Source: an uncultured Bacteroidales bacterium
Lineage (GTDB): Bacteria > Bacteroidota > Bacteroidia > Bacteroidales > CAIWKO01
Length of the DNA: 64,000 nt
Assembly (NCBI GenBank): GCA_964469155.1
Contig: CAYXXU010000006.1
Location: 7,591 to 71,590, forward strand
Direction of reading: 5' to 3'
The notes under the pieces were generated by a model. It saw only the letters and a program-made list of their open reading frames with translations, made no database searches and was not told the DNA's origin. The position numbers and the translations under genes were made by a program. Below, one piece after another: positions 19,738 to 28,959 of the stretch. The number at the start of each line of letters is the position of its first letter. Position 1 is the stretch's first letter.

Positions 19738-20010
19738 GCGCACAAGGCATCGACAATTGCGCACAGGGGTTGTACGGTCGCGCACAAGGGTGGTGCAGTT
19801 GCGCATGACGGTGATGCAGACGCGCACAAGAGTGATGCAGCGGCGCACAGAGGTGATGCAGTGGCGCACGAGGTATCGACATGACACTTTGTCATAGTTG
19901 CAGGAAACTTTGTCATAGATGCAGTCGCGCACAAAGGTGATGCAGTCGCGCACACGACCGATGCGGTTGCGCACAGGGGTGATGCAGTCGCGCACAAGAC
20001 CCGTGCAGTC
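19738..20010. repeat. Tandem array of 13 x 21-bp units, consensus GCGCACAAGGGTGATGCAGTC
   Basis: Units at 19738 ... 19990; units at 19885 and 19906 diverge but keep the register. Confidence 0.92.
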
Positions 20011-20257
20011 GCGCGGAGCTAACTACAAGGATTGAGTTAATTATTAGTGATTTATGATTTTGGGTTTTTATTGAAAAATGCAGTTTGAATGGGAAATTGA
20101 TAAAATTTGAAGAAAAATGTCTGAACCCTGCCTAAAGGGCGGCAGGCAGGCGCTGATTAAAATGATTTGAATGATTAAGATGATTCAGGCGGAGCCTGAA
20201 AGAATAGAACGACGGCGGTGGAACCGCCGCCGAACCGGGCAACATCAACACTTTCGG

Positions 20258-20787
20258 GGTTAGTACCACAAAATGCTATAGAATCAAATTATATTGATTT
20301 TTTTACAGTTTATATTCATTTAAAAGACAATACCTATTCAGTCGCTGATTCGATCCTTCTGAAAACTTTAGCTGAAGGCTGCCCTGTTAGAGATGGCATG
20401 TCAGTACGCAAAGCTAGAACGCTTTATAGTGCTATTTATAAAGATTTTAGCTTATATTCAGATAATTGCACAGATAATAATTCAAATAAAAAGCAAAGTA
20501 ATGAATCTTCAGAAAAAACAACGACACAAAACTTATCTTTAGAAGTTTATCCAAATCCTAATAATGGTACTTTTATGATTAGCTTGAATAGCAAAAATAC
20601 AATATCAGGATTGGCGGAGGTAAGAATAACCGATGTCCTTGGAAATCAAATCAGCAAAATAAATTTGAATTTTCAAAATAATATTGCTATATTTGATGCT
20701 CGTTTAAAGAATGGAGTATATTTCATTTCCATAAAAGATGCAAATAGTAATACTTATAATCCTAAGAAAATAATTGTAATTGAATAA
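20258..20787 (+). pseudogene. 5'-truncated remnant of a large T9SS-secreted protein
   Basis: No signal peptide; reads IESNY..DSILLKTLAEGCP..G.SV.KAR.LY then a T9SS CTD (VYPNPNNG..GVYFI); the upstream ORF part is GC-rich non-homologous sequence. Confidence 0.65.
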
Positions 20788-21980
20788 TGAAATTTTTAAT
20801 AAACATAGCATTATGCGTTATTTTTTTGATAGCGTATAATGCTATTTCTTCTGCTCAATTGAATCTTGTGCATAATCCAAGCTTTGAAGATATAAGTTCG
20901 TGTCCTAGTAGTTACGGCCAAATTTTTTTAGCTGTTGGATGGAACACACCGATAAATGGAGGTGGTGGTAATCCCGAATTATTTCATGTTTGTTGTAGTC
21001 AACCATATATGTGCGGAGTTCCCTTGAATTCTTCTAATAGTACTTTTCAATATCCTCATACAGGAAATGCTTATACCGGATTAGATGTAGCATTTAGTGC
21101 CTTTCTGGATAATTCACGAGAATATATTCAAAGTAAATTAATAAGGAAACTTTCGACTGGACATTCTTATTGTGTTGTTTTTTACGCAAGTCTATCTGAC
21201 CAAAGTTTAGCCTATATTAGACCATTGGGTGCATATTTTGACAATGGTAGTGTGTCTGCTATTGCCCCACATGGCTTGGCAGCCGTAACACCTCAAGTGT
21301 ATAATATATCCCAACCACTAATGGATACAATAAATTGGATGAAAATTGAAGGCTCTTTTATTGCTAATGGTAACGAAGAATATATTACTATTGGTAATTT
21401 TTTTACAGATGCTTCTTCAATTGTTGGTTATTTTGGTACTCCAACAGGTTGGGGTTCCTATTATTACATTGATGATGTTTCGGTTATTGATGCTGATTTG
21501 CCAGCATATGCAGGTAAAGACAGCACAGTTCATAATCCGGGTGATAGTGTTTTTATTGGTCGCCCTTCAGAGGTTGGATTAGATGAAGATTGCATTTGGT
21601 TTGTAAATGGAGTGCCTATAGATACCATTGCCGGCATGTGGGTGAAACCAGATAGCACCACCACTTATGTGGTGCAACAAACCATTTGCGGGAATGTAAA
21701 GTATGATACGTTAATAATAACTGTTTCGGGAGTTGGGATGGGAGAATATGGATGGGGAGGAAAGGTAAAGGTATATCCAAATCCCGCCAATGAAATACTT
21801 ACTATTGATGGCTTTGATGGAGAGACAACGGCAGATATTTATAGTATCAACGGGCAATTGTTATCAACCCTGGCAGTTAAAGAACAGCAATTGGATATCA
21901 ACTTTCTGGCTAATGGCATGTATTTTATCAAACTAAGCACAAAGGAAGGGAGTGTAGTGAGTAAGTTTGTGAAGGAATAG
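20787..21980 (+). CDS. T9SS type A sorting domain-containing secreted protein
   Basis: Signal peptide, NLVHNPSFE N-domain, YYYIDDVSV, CTD VYPNPANE..GMYFIKL..KFVKE. Confidence 0.88.
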   Translation: MKFLINIALCVIFLIAYNAISSAQLNLVHNPSFEDISSCPSSYGQIFLAVGWNTPINGGGGNPELFHVCCSQPYMCGVPLNSSNSTFQYPHTGNAYTGLDVAFSAFLDNSREYIQSKLIRKLSTGHSYCVVFYASLSDQSLAYIRPLGAYFDNGSVSAIAPHGLAAVTPQVYNISQPLMDTINWMKIEGSFIANGNEEYITIGNFFTDASSIVGYFGTPTGWGSYYYIDDVSVIDADLPAYAGKDSTVHNPGDSVFIGRPSEVGLDEDCIWFVNGVPIDTIAGMWVKPDSTTTYVVQQTICGNVKYDTLIITVSGVGMGEYGWGGKVKVYPNPANEILTIDGFDGETTADIYSINGQLLSTLAVKEQQLDINFLANGMYFIKLSTKEGSVVSKFVKE

Positions 21981-22019
21981 TATTTTGTTGTAATCCATTA
22001 AACAGGCAGAGAGATTGTT

Positions 22020-22148
22020 GGGCGATGTGCTGTTAATGAAATGGAAGGCTGTTTGCCCCCAGCGCCAAGGATGGTAGTGAAAAGCCCGGAATGGAGCGCA
22101 GCGGAATGAGGACTTGTAACGGACAGCCTGACCCGAAGGGGGGCGCCC
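22020..22148 (+). repeat. Dispersed ~130-bp structured element, copy 1
   Basis: Aligns by eye with the reverse complement of 60829-60961. Confidence 0.85.
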
Positions 22149-22153
22149 ACATC

Positions 22154-22232
22154 TCGACTTCGCTCGATGAACCCTTTCGACTATCCTTCGACTTCGCTCA
22201 GGACAGGCGGCACGATAAATCACTTCGCTCAG
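22154..22232. repeat. REP-like cluster with three ACTTCGCTC cores
   Basis: TCGACTTCGCTC at 22154, CTTCGACTTCGCTCAGGACAGG at 22186, CACTTCGCTCAG at 22221. Confidence 0.65.
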
Positions 22233-22244
22233 TAGGAATAAATA

Positions 22245-23711
22245 TTATTCGAACTTAATTACCCAGGCATAATCCGAAGGAGGATGGTTGCGGAGGGCAG
22301 CCGGGATGCTGATCTCGGTGTTTCCTTTGTTGCTTTTCCAGGTAAGGGTCTTGTTGCTACCCATCAATATGGCTTTGCTGCCCTTAGTCGGTGTCCAGTT
22401 GTTGATCTTAATTATGGCAGGCAGTGTCTTTTCGTTTTCGGCTGCCAGATAAATGGCATACACCGCTTTGCCCACAGTGGTGAACACCACATTACCCGAC
22501 TGATAAGGTGCTACAGGTTTGCTGCCGTAAATGGCGGCGCTGTTCACGTCCATCCACTTCCCTATTTCCTCCAGACGCTGATATGCTACAGGATCGAAAT
22601 CGCCATCGGGGCCGGGACCAATATTCAGCAGCAGATTGCCTCCGCGGGAAACTATGGTGCACAAGGTATGTATCAGTTGGCGGGTGGGTTTGTAGGTGTC
22701 GTTGGGGACATAGCTCCAACTGGTGGCCATGGTCATACAGGTTTCCCAGGGATAGGACAAGGGTTTATCAGGAACCTGTTGTTCGGGGGTGAGGTAGTTT
22801 TGATTGGGACCTTCTACGGCACGGTCCACAACCAGCAGATCTGGCTGCTTCAGCCTTGCCTTTGCGACAATAGCATCCATGTCGATATCCTGGTTTTGCG
22901 GATTGCGTGCCCAGCGCGATCCCTCATAGGTTTCCAGCAGATAATTTTTCACTTCTTCGTCGGTGGTTTTTCTCACCCATCCGCCATCGAGCCACAATAT
23001 GTCGATCTTGCCGTAATCAGTCATGAGTTCGTCTATCTGATGGTAGGTAAACTCCGTGAATTTTTTCCATTCCTCAGGATGCTTGGCTATGGAATAGTTG
23101 CAATTGCGGTCGACTGCCGGAAATTTCTTCCACCAATAATATTCGGTATGCCAATCGGGTTTGGAGAAATAAGCACCTGTCCATAAATTTTCTTTTCTGA
23201 AGGCCGCAAAGATCTCTTTGGCAATATTGCTGCGGGGGTTGGCCGAAAAGGGTGTTTTGGGGTCGGTAATTTTATAATCGGTATATTTCGAGTCGAACAT
23301 GCAAAAGCCATCATGATGCTTGGTGGTAAATATCACATACTTCATACCAGCTCTTTTTGCGGCAGCGGCCCATTTCTCAGGGTTGAATTTAACCGGGTTG
23401 AAAGTGGTTTGCAGGGCTTCGTATTCTTTCACATAGTCGTTATAGTTTTCGCTTTTTCCCATTTTTCTGCCTCCTGTGGCCCAACTCAGGTCTTCGGGGC
23501 AAATACTCCAGCTTTCTACTATGCCCCATTGCGAATAGGTGCCCCAATGCATGAGGAGGCCGAATTTCAGGTCCTGCCATTGAGAGAGTTTTCGGATGAG
23601 GAGGGAATCCGTGGGAGGAAAATATTTCTGCTGTTCCTGCTGGGCACATAGCTTAACACTTGCTGCAAACAACAAAACCCCGAAAAGGAAGCCAATTTTT
23701 TTCATGATCAT
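22245..23711 (-). CDS. GH29 alpha-L-fucosidase
   Basis: KFGLLMHWG, TTKHHDGF, ILWLDG, WETCMT, GGNLLLNIGP; signal peptide. Confidence 0.93.
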   Translation of the reverse strand: MIMKKIGFLFGVLLFAASVKLCAQQEQQKYFPPTDSLLIRKLSQWQDLKFGLLMHWGTYSQWGIVESWSICPEDLSWATGGRKMGKSENYNDYVKEYEALQTTFNPVKFNPEKWAAAAKRAGMKYVIFTTKHHDGFCMFDSKYTDYKITDPKTPFSANPRSNIAKEIFAAFRKENLWTGAYFSKPDWHTEYYWWKKFPAVDRNCNYSIAKHPEEWKKFTEFTYHQIDELMTDYGKIDILWLDGGWVRKTTDEEVKNYLLETYEGSRWARNPQNQDIDMDAIVAKARLKQPDLLVVDRAVEGPNQNYLTPEQQVPDKPLSYPWETCMTMATSWSYVPNDTYKPTRQLIHTLCTIVSRGGNLLLNIGPGPDGDFDPVAYQRLEEIGKWMDVNSAAIYGSKPVAPYQSGNVVFTTVGKAVYAIYLAAENEKTLPAIIKINNWTPTKGSKAILMGSNKTLTWKSNKGNTEISIPAALRNHPPSDYAWVIKFE

Positions 23712-23716
23712 ATTTT

Positions 23717-26023
23717 TTAATTGATTTCTATCTCGTCAATAAATACCCAGGTATCCCCGTCGACCACTCCTGTCCATTTAGGCATCTTGCCCTGGTTTTT
23801 GCAAAACACCCTGATATATTTGGCTACCACACCCTTTCCTTTGTTCAGAGGAATGGTAAAAGGGATGGACTGCTTTTCGAGCTTTTGGCCGGCTTTGGGA
23901 TTCTTCACCTCCCCTATCTGTTTGAACTCTTTGCCATCGGTGGAAAAGCTGACGATGATATCCGAAGGAGCCAGAATCCACGACTGGGAATTGTCCAGGC
24001 AATTCAAACGGACCTCCTTCACCTTTTGGGTTTCTTTCAGCTCGAGGGTGGCTTCCACATCCTTACCCCACCATCCCAGCCAAAGGGCAAAGTAATTGTT
24101 GGTGCCAAGCACCCCATCGATAAGGGTGTTGGGACCATCGGCGGCATAGGAAGGAGAATAAGGCGTGGCATAGGTGATGCTCTTCACTTTGGTGCCGCTT
24201 GAGGATACGCCGCGGTCGAAATAGGCCTGCATGTTCTTTTCGTATTCCGCGGGAGGTATGCCCATTTCGTGGAAAATGCCGGGACCGTACTTTTTGGCAT
24301 GAGCCACCAGTTGGTTCAGTATGGTTTGTGCCTCGGGCTTCACCTGATAACTGCCGTCGGGTTTTTGTTCGAATATCCAGTAAGGAGTGTGGGGCATCAT
24401 CTGTCGAACTTCCAGCCAGGCATAGCGAAGACCCTGACGTACGTTTTCCAGTCGAATTTGAATCACCGAATCGTTTCCAACGGCAGCCGACGCTTTGTCT
24501 AATAACATAAAATATTGGGAAACCATCTGAGGTGATAAGTAACCCTCCTTATGCGCCGATGCCGGCTCGTAGAGCGTGAGTTGCTTTTTCGAATTCCGGA
24601 GTTCATCGACCATATAATTGATATAGGTTCTGAGGTAGGGAGCCGCTGCCCCGTAATATCCCTGCAGAAAATCCATCATCAGGCTGTCGGTGTTCTGGTT
24701 CACATTCCACATGAGCTTGGCCAGCAGATAACCGCGGAGGTCGGTGAGGTCGGTGTTTTCGGTGGTGAAACCCTGCTCGAACATCATGGTGGCATGGTTG
24801 TCTTTGAAGAACTTCAGGTTGGCCTGCAAGACAGGGAAATTGGGAAAAGGAAGCAGGGAATTGGAGAAATTGACCACATAATCCCACACCAGTATATTGT
24901 CGGTGATCTTTGCCCATCCTTTTATATCTGAAGCAAAACCGCCAGCCGAAGTGTCGGACTCTATGGGTTTGCTGCGGTCGCATTCAATGGTGCAGAGCAT
25001 GATGTTGACATTGGAAGCCGGACGGGTTATTAAAGGTGGTTTTCGGCTGTACTGATAGGCCAAAGTGGAAATGATCTTGTCGGGAAAAGCCGCAGCCACC
25101 TGATTCACAAAACGAAGTATGCTTCCGGAAGGAGAACCTTCCAGGCTGTCGATGGCACGGCATTGAGCGCACTGGCAATAGCCGAAGTTGTCCATCTGGC
25201 TCACCGACCAGTATTTTGCCATGGGATGCTCCGCCATCTTTTTCTGCAAAGAAACAATGACGAGCTTCAGTACCTCGGGATTGCTGAGGCAAAGCTGAGC
25301 CGGATTGCGGACTCCCGAACGCAAAGCATAATATTCGGGATGGGCGGCGAAATATTCCGAAGGGGGCAGCAGGGTGTGAAGCGTATGCACCCACAAACCC
25401 CAATCGTCGGAAATGTGCCAGTCCTTTTCGTTGCCGGTACGCAGGGCATTGTCAAGCTTCTGCCAGGACTTGAAAGGCTCGTAAAAAGCATTGTTGTTAT
25501 AGGAAACCCTGAACAGGAAGGAGGGATTTTCACAAAGGTTGATCTGAGGTATCTCCAAGCGCTGATGTTTGGGAACGACAAGCACGTTTTTCGTATAGCA
25601 ACGGCAATTCAGATATTTTTCCAGAAAGGTATAAACCGCATATTCCAGCCCCCGGTTGTTGAGTGCATAAAAACACAGATCGGTGGGGGTGGTATTGATG
25701 AGGTAGCCGTCGCCGCTCAGTTGTTTCCGCTCGCTGTCGGTATTGGTGAGCAGATAGAAGAGCACGCTATGTTCGGAAGCGGTATGTTGGTTCCAAACGG
25801 GAAGTGTGACTCCTGCCGATTGTTTGAAATAGCCGGCAAAGACCCCTGCCACCCTTTCGGTAGCGGTATCGCCTTTGACGATGATCTGAAACTGAGTGTG
25901 CCCATTTTCGGCCAACAGCAAAGATTGCGCCTTAGCGCTGAAAGCGGAAGCCAACAGAAGGGTTATCAAAAGCAATGGTGTCGTGATTCTTACAGGCATA
26001 AGCGGGGTATGTCTTATCAACAT
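23717..26023 (-). CDS. DUF4838 domain protein with C-terminal F5/8 type C (CBM32-like) domain
   Basis: HTLHTL..YFAAHPEYYA, QLCLSNPEV, SVSQMD, TLAYQYS, VWDY; C-terminal beta-sandwich ending VFIDEIEIN. Confidence 0.8.
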   Translation of the reverse strand: MLIRHTPLMPVRITTPLLLITLLLASAFSAKAQSLLLAENGHTQFQIIVKGDTATERVAGVFAGYFKQSAGVTLPVWNQHTASEHSVLFYLLTNTDSERKQLSGDGYLINTTPTDLCFYALNNRGLEYAVYTFLEKYLNCRCYTKNVLVVPKHQRLEIPQINLCENPSFLFRVSYNNNAFYEPFKSWQKLDNALRTGNEKDWHISDDWGLWVHTLHTLLPPSEYFAAHPEYYALRSGVRNPAQLCLSNPEVLKLVIVSLQKKMAEHPMAKYWSVSQMDNFGYCQCAQCRAIDSLEGSPSGSILRFVNQVAAAFPDKIISTLAYQYSRKPPLITRPASNVNIMLCTIECDRSKPIESDTSAGGFASDIKGWAKITDNILVWDYVVNFSNSLLPFPNFPVLQANLKFFKDNHATMMFEQGFTTENTDLTDLRGYLLAKLMWNVNQNTDSLMMDFLQGYYGAAAPYLRTYINYMVDELRNSKKQLTLYEPASAHKEGYLSPQMVSQYFMLLDKASAAVGNDSVIQIRLENVRQGLRYAWLEVRQMMPHTPYWIFEQKPDGSYQVKPEAQTILNQLVAHAKKYGPGIFHEMGIPPAEYEKNMQAYFDRGVSSSGTKVKSITYATPYSPSYAADGPNTLIDGVLGTNNYFALWLGWWGKDVEATLELKETQKVKEVRLNCLDNSQSWILAPSDIIVSFSTDGKEFKQIGEVKNPKAGQKLEKQSIPFTIPLNKGKGVVAKYIRVFCKNQGKMPKWTGVVDGDTWVFIDEIEIN

Positions 26024-26026
26024 GGT

Positions 26027-27370
26027 TTATAATCCTCCTTTTTCGGCATAGAGCCTGATGGGTTTCTTCAGTTCAACTTTCACCACCGTCATGTAAGTAT
26101 CGTTGACCGCAGCCGGCACATGAATGTAGACCAGGCCGGGAACCTTGCTCCAGGATATCTTGCCGACTATCTTCCACGTAAGCGGGGTATTGCTGCCTAC
26201 CACACTGATGTTTTTGATGTCGGTGTCCAGTCCTTTGATGGTGATGTCGCCGCTGGTATGGGCGGGAAGGAAGAGATAGAGCGCAGTGGAATCTTTGGAA
26301 AGGGTGGTAGGGCCATAGAAATGACCGTGTGGCATGCCAGCCACCGTGCCGAAGATGGCTTCGCTGTGTTTGCTGGTCCATTTGCCCAGCTCCTGAAGTA
26401 TATTGACCTGTTGGGGAGGGATGGTCCCGTCCTGCATGGGCCCAATATCCAACAGCAGATTGCCGCCCATGCTGATGGCATCGGCAAAGATGGAAATGAT
26501 CTCGTAAGGGGTCTTGTAGTTGGTGTCTTCGTCGGCGGCATAACCCCATGAATCGTTGGTGGTCATGCAGAGTTCCCAGTTGGCAGAATTGGGACGCGAG
26601 ATGGGGAAGTTCTGTTCGGGAGTGTCGTAATCGCCATAGCCCTGCAGGCGGCTGTTGATGATGGTGTTGGCATTGGACTTCAGAATGAGGCTGCGGATAT
26701 AGTCGGCTCGCCATTCGCCGGCGCTGTGTTCCCAATCCCCATCGAACCACATCAGATCAGGGTTGTATTGCGCAAGCAGTTCTTTGATCTGACCATGGCA
26801 GAACTTCAGAAAACGGCCCCAACGTATGGGATCTTCGGCGGCATCGTAGCGGTTGGAATCTTTCAGGAAACCCGGATAATCGGGATAACTCCAGTCGATG
26901 AGGGAATAGTAGAGACCTACCTTGAGGTTGTTTTCGCGCAAAGCGCTGACAAAAGGTGTGAGCACATCACGGTGTGCGGGCGATTTTTTTGGAATACTGA
27001 GGTCGTTCATCCTGGTATCCCAAAGGGCCACACCGTCGTGATGTTTGGAGGTGATGACGCAATAGCGCGCCCCGCTGGATTTGATGAGGGAGGCCCAGTC
27101 CTGAGGTTTGTAGTTCTTCGCAGTGAAGCCGTTGATCTGTTTCATGTAGTCGGCATGAGAGATGTGTTCGTTGTGAAAGGCCCAGGATTCGGAAGTGGGG
27201 TTTACGGCATAGATGCCCCAATGTATGAAGATGCCCAGTTTGGCATCGGAAAACCATTGCATGCGGGCGGCTTCTTCTTTGGTTTTGTTTTGAGCAAAGG
27301 CGTAGTTGACCGCAAAGGCAGAGCACATCAGCAGGCTAAGGAGTATTGTTTTCATGGGTTTTGTTTTCAT
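26027..27370 (-). CDS. GH29 alpha-L-fucosidase
   Basis: KLGIFIHWG, TSKHHDG, LMWFDG, WELCMT, GGNLLLDIGP. Confidence 0.93.
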   Translation of the reverse strand: MKTKPMKTILLSLLMCSAFAVNYAFAQNKTKEEAARMQWFSDAKLGIFIHWGIYAVNPTSESWAFHNEHISHADYMKQINGFTAKNYKPQDWASLIKSSGARYCVITSKHHDGVALWDTRMNDLSIPKKSPAHRDVLTPFVSALRENNLKVGLYYSLIDWSYPDYPGFLKDSNRYDAAEDPIRWGRFLKFCHGQIKELLAQYNPDLMWFDGDWEHSAGEWRADYIRSLILKSNANTIINSRLQGYGDYDTPEQNFPISRPNSANWELCMTTNDSWGYAADEDTNYKTPYEIISIFADAISMGGNLLLDIGPMQDGTIPPQQVNILQELGKWTSKHSEAIFGTVAGMPHGHFYGPTTLSKDSTALYLFLPAHTSGDITIKGLDTDIKNISVVGSNTPLTWKIVGKISWSKVPGLVYIHVPAAVNDTYMTVVKVELKKPIRLYAEKGGL

Positions 27371-27616
27371 GAGGTCAGGGGGGTGAGGGTTTTGGGGGAC
27401 GCAAATCAGTACAAAGAAATAAAATTAGTCATTACTAATGAAAAAAGAGGGTGAAAAAAAGGAGAGGGAAGACAGAAGACCGAAGTCAGGAGACTGGAGA
27501 AAGAAGAGTAGATGCGGATTCATTATTAGGATAATGATTTTGCGTGGATGATTTATTATGATGAAGGGATGGTATAACATTGGGATATTTTGTAATTTTA
27601 TAAAAATTTTAGTTTC

Positions 27617-28255
27617 ATGAAAAACAAATTGTTTATCGCTTTTGAAGGTATAGATGGAAGTGGAAAAAGCACACAGGTTAAATTACTTACCGAAAATTTG
27701 AAAAAAGCCGGTCACAAAGTATTTTTCACTTTTGAACCCACGGATAGCCCAATTGGTTCAGTGATTAGAAATATTTTAAATCACAGAATTGAAGCTGATC
27801 ATAAAACCATTGCCGGATTGTTTGTTGCTGATAGATTAGACCATTTGCTTAACAAGACTTGTGGAATTTTGAAAAAACTAGATGAAGGATATACGGTTAT
27901 TACTGACCGTTACTATTTTTCTTCGTATGCATACCATGGCACCCATATGCCTCTGGATTGGGTTATAGAAGCCAATTCGCTAAGTGCTGGACTGCTGAGG
28001 CCGGATATTAATATTTATCTGGATATCACAGCCGAAAGAGGCATCAACCGGCTTAACGAGGGAAGAAACGCTGTTGACTTGTTCGAGAATATCGAAAACC
28101 TGAAGAAAGTAAGAAACACCTATTTTGAAGCCTTCGAAAAACTGAAAGATAAAGAAAAGGTTTTCATCATTGATGCTGACCGGTCGCCCGAAATAATAGC
28201 CCATGAAATATGGCAGGAAGTTTCACATATCATGTCCATGGTAACACTACACTAA
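27617..28255 (+). CDS. tmk: Thymidylate kinase
   Basis: FIAFEGIDGSGKST P-loop, EP, TDRYYFSSYAY, PD. Confidence 0.92.
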   Translation: MKNKLFIAFEGIDGSGKSTQVKLLTENLKKAGHKVFFTFEPTDSPIGSVIRNILNHRIEADHKTIAGLFVADRLDHLLNKTCGILKKLDEGYTVITDRYYFSSYAYHGTHMPLDWVIEANSLSAGLLRPDINIYLDITAERGINRLNEGRNAVDLFENIENLKKVRNTYFEAFEKLKDKEKVFIIDADRSPEIIAHEIWQEVSHIMSMVTLH

Positions 28256-28331
28256 TACACTCACTCGAACAGGTTTGTGATTTTTTAGTGTAATAAAAAC
28301 TAAAACAGGAAAAGGTTACAGGGCAAAAAAG

Positions 28332-28358
28332 AAAAAGCCTTGATTTCTCAAGGCTTTT
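28332..28358. terminator. Bidirectional intrinsic terminator between tmk and the tRNA cluster
   Basis: AAAAAGCCTTGA-TTTC-TCAAGGCTTTT. Confidence 0.8.
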
Positions 28359-28370
28359 ACAATGTATTTG

Positions 28371-28444
28371 TAGCGAGGACGAGAGTTGAACTCGTGACCT
28401 TCGGGTTATGAATCCGACGCTCTAACCGCCTGAGCTACCTCGCC
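28371..28444 (-). tRNA. tRNA-Met (CAT), probably elongator
   Basis: Reverse strand GGCGAGGTAGCTCAG...TTCATAA...GTTCAACT...CCTCGCTA cloverleaf. Confidence 0.92.
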
Positions 28445-28515
28445 AACAAATTAGATCTGCTTTAGGACTATTTTTTAGGATGTTATATCCCCTGATCCTG
28501 TGTCTCCAAATTCTG

Positions 28516-28588
28516 TGATCCCGATTGGATTCGAACCAATGGCCCACAGCTTAGAAGGCTGTTGCTCTATCCACTGAGCTACGGGACC
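28516..28588 (-). tRNA. tRNA-Arg (TCT)
   Basis: GGTCCCGTAGCTCAG...ACAGC-CTTCTAA-GCTGT...GGTTCGAATCC...CGGGATCA. Confidence 0.95.
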
Positions 28589-28610
28589 TTTTTTTGAACT
28601 TCAATCTTAG

Positions 28611-28685
28611 TCGGGGTAGCAGGATTCGAACCTGCGACCCCCTGGTCCCAAACCAGGTGCGCTAACCGGACTGCGCTATACCCCG
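28611..28685 (-). tRNA. tRNA-Pro (TGG)
   Basis: CGGGGTATAGCGCAG...CCTGG-TTTGGGA-CCAGG...GGTTCGAATCC...ACCCCGA. Confidence 0.95.
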
Positions 28686-28718
28686 AAAGAAGTGCTTTTG
28701 AAAAAAACTATTTTTTTC

Positions 28719-28809
<91 letters not shown>

Positions 28810-28889
28810 AAGGTAAGCTGAATTAATTTATTCAATATTAAACAAAGAACGGCTTACTCAATGCCCCATACGTTTTTTCAATGGGAGTG

Positions 28890-28897
28890 CAAAAGTA
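28890..28897 (-). promoter_or_regulatory. Bacteroidota primary-sigma -7 box for the tRNA operon
   Basis: Reverse strand TACTTTTG matches TAnnTTTG about 80 bp upstream of tRNA-Ser. Confidence 0.6.
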
Positions 28898-28959
28898 TGA
28901 AATACTTTCTTATTTACAAAGTTTTTTTTGTTTTAGGGGCATTTTACCAGAAAATCAAA

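Noticed and set aside
19571-19997. N-terminal extension of the GH3 ORF and ORFs 19573-19995 and 19719-19997
   Set aside because: All are read-throughs of tandem repeats; the real GH3 starts at the signal peptide at 19570.
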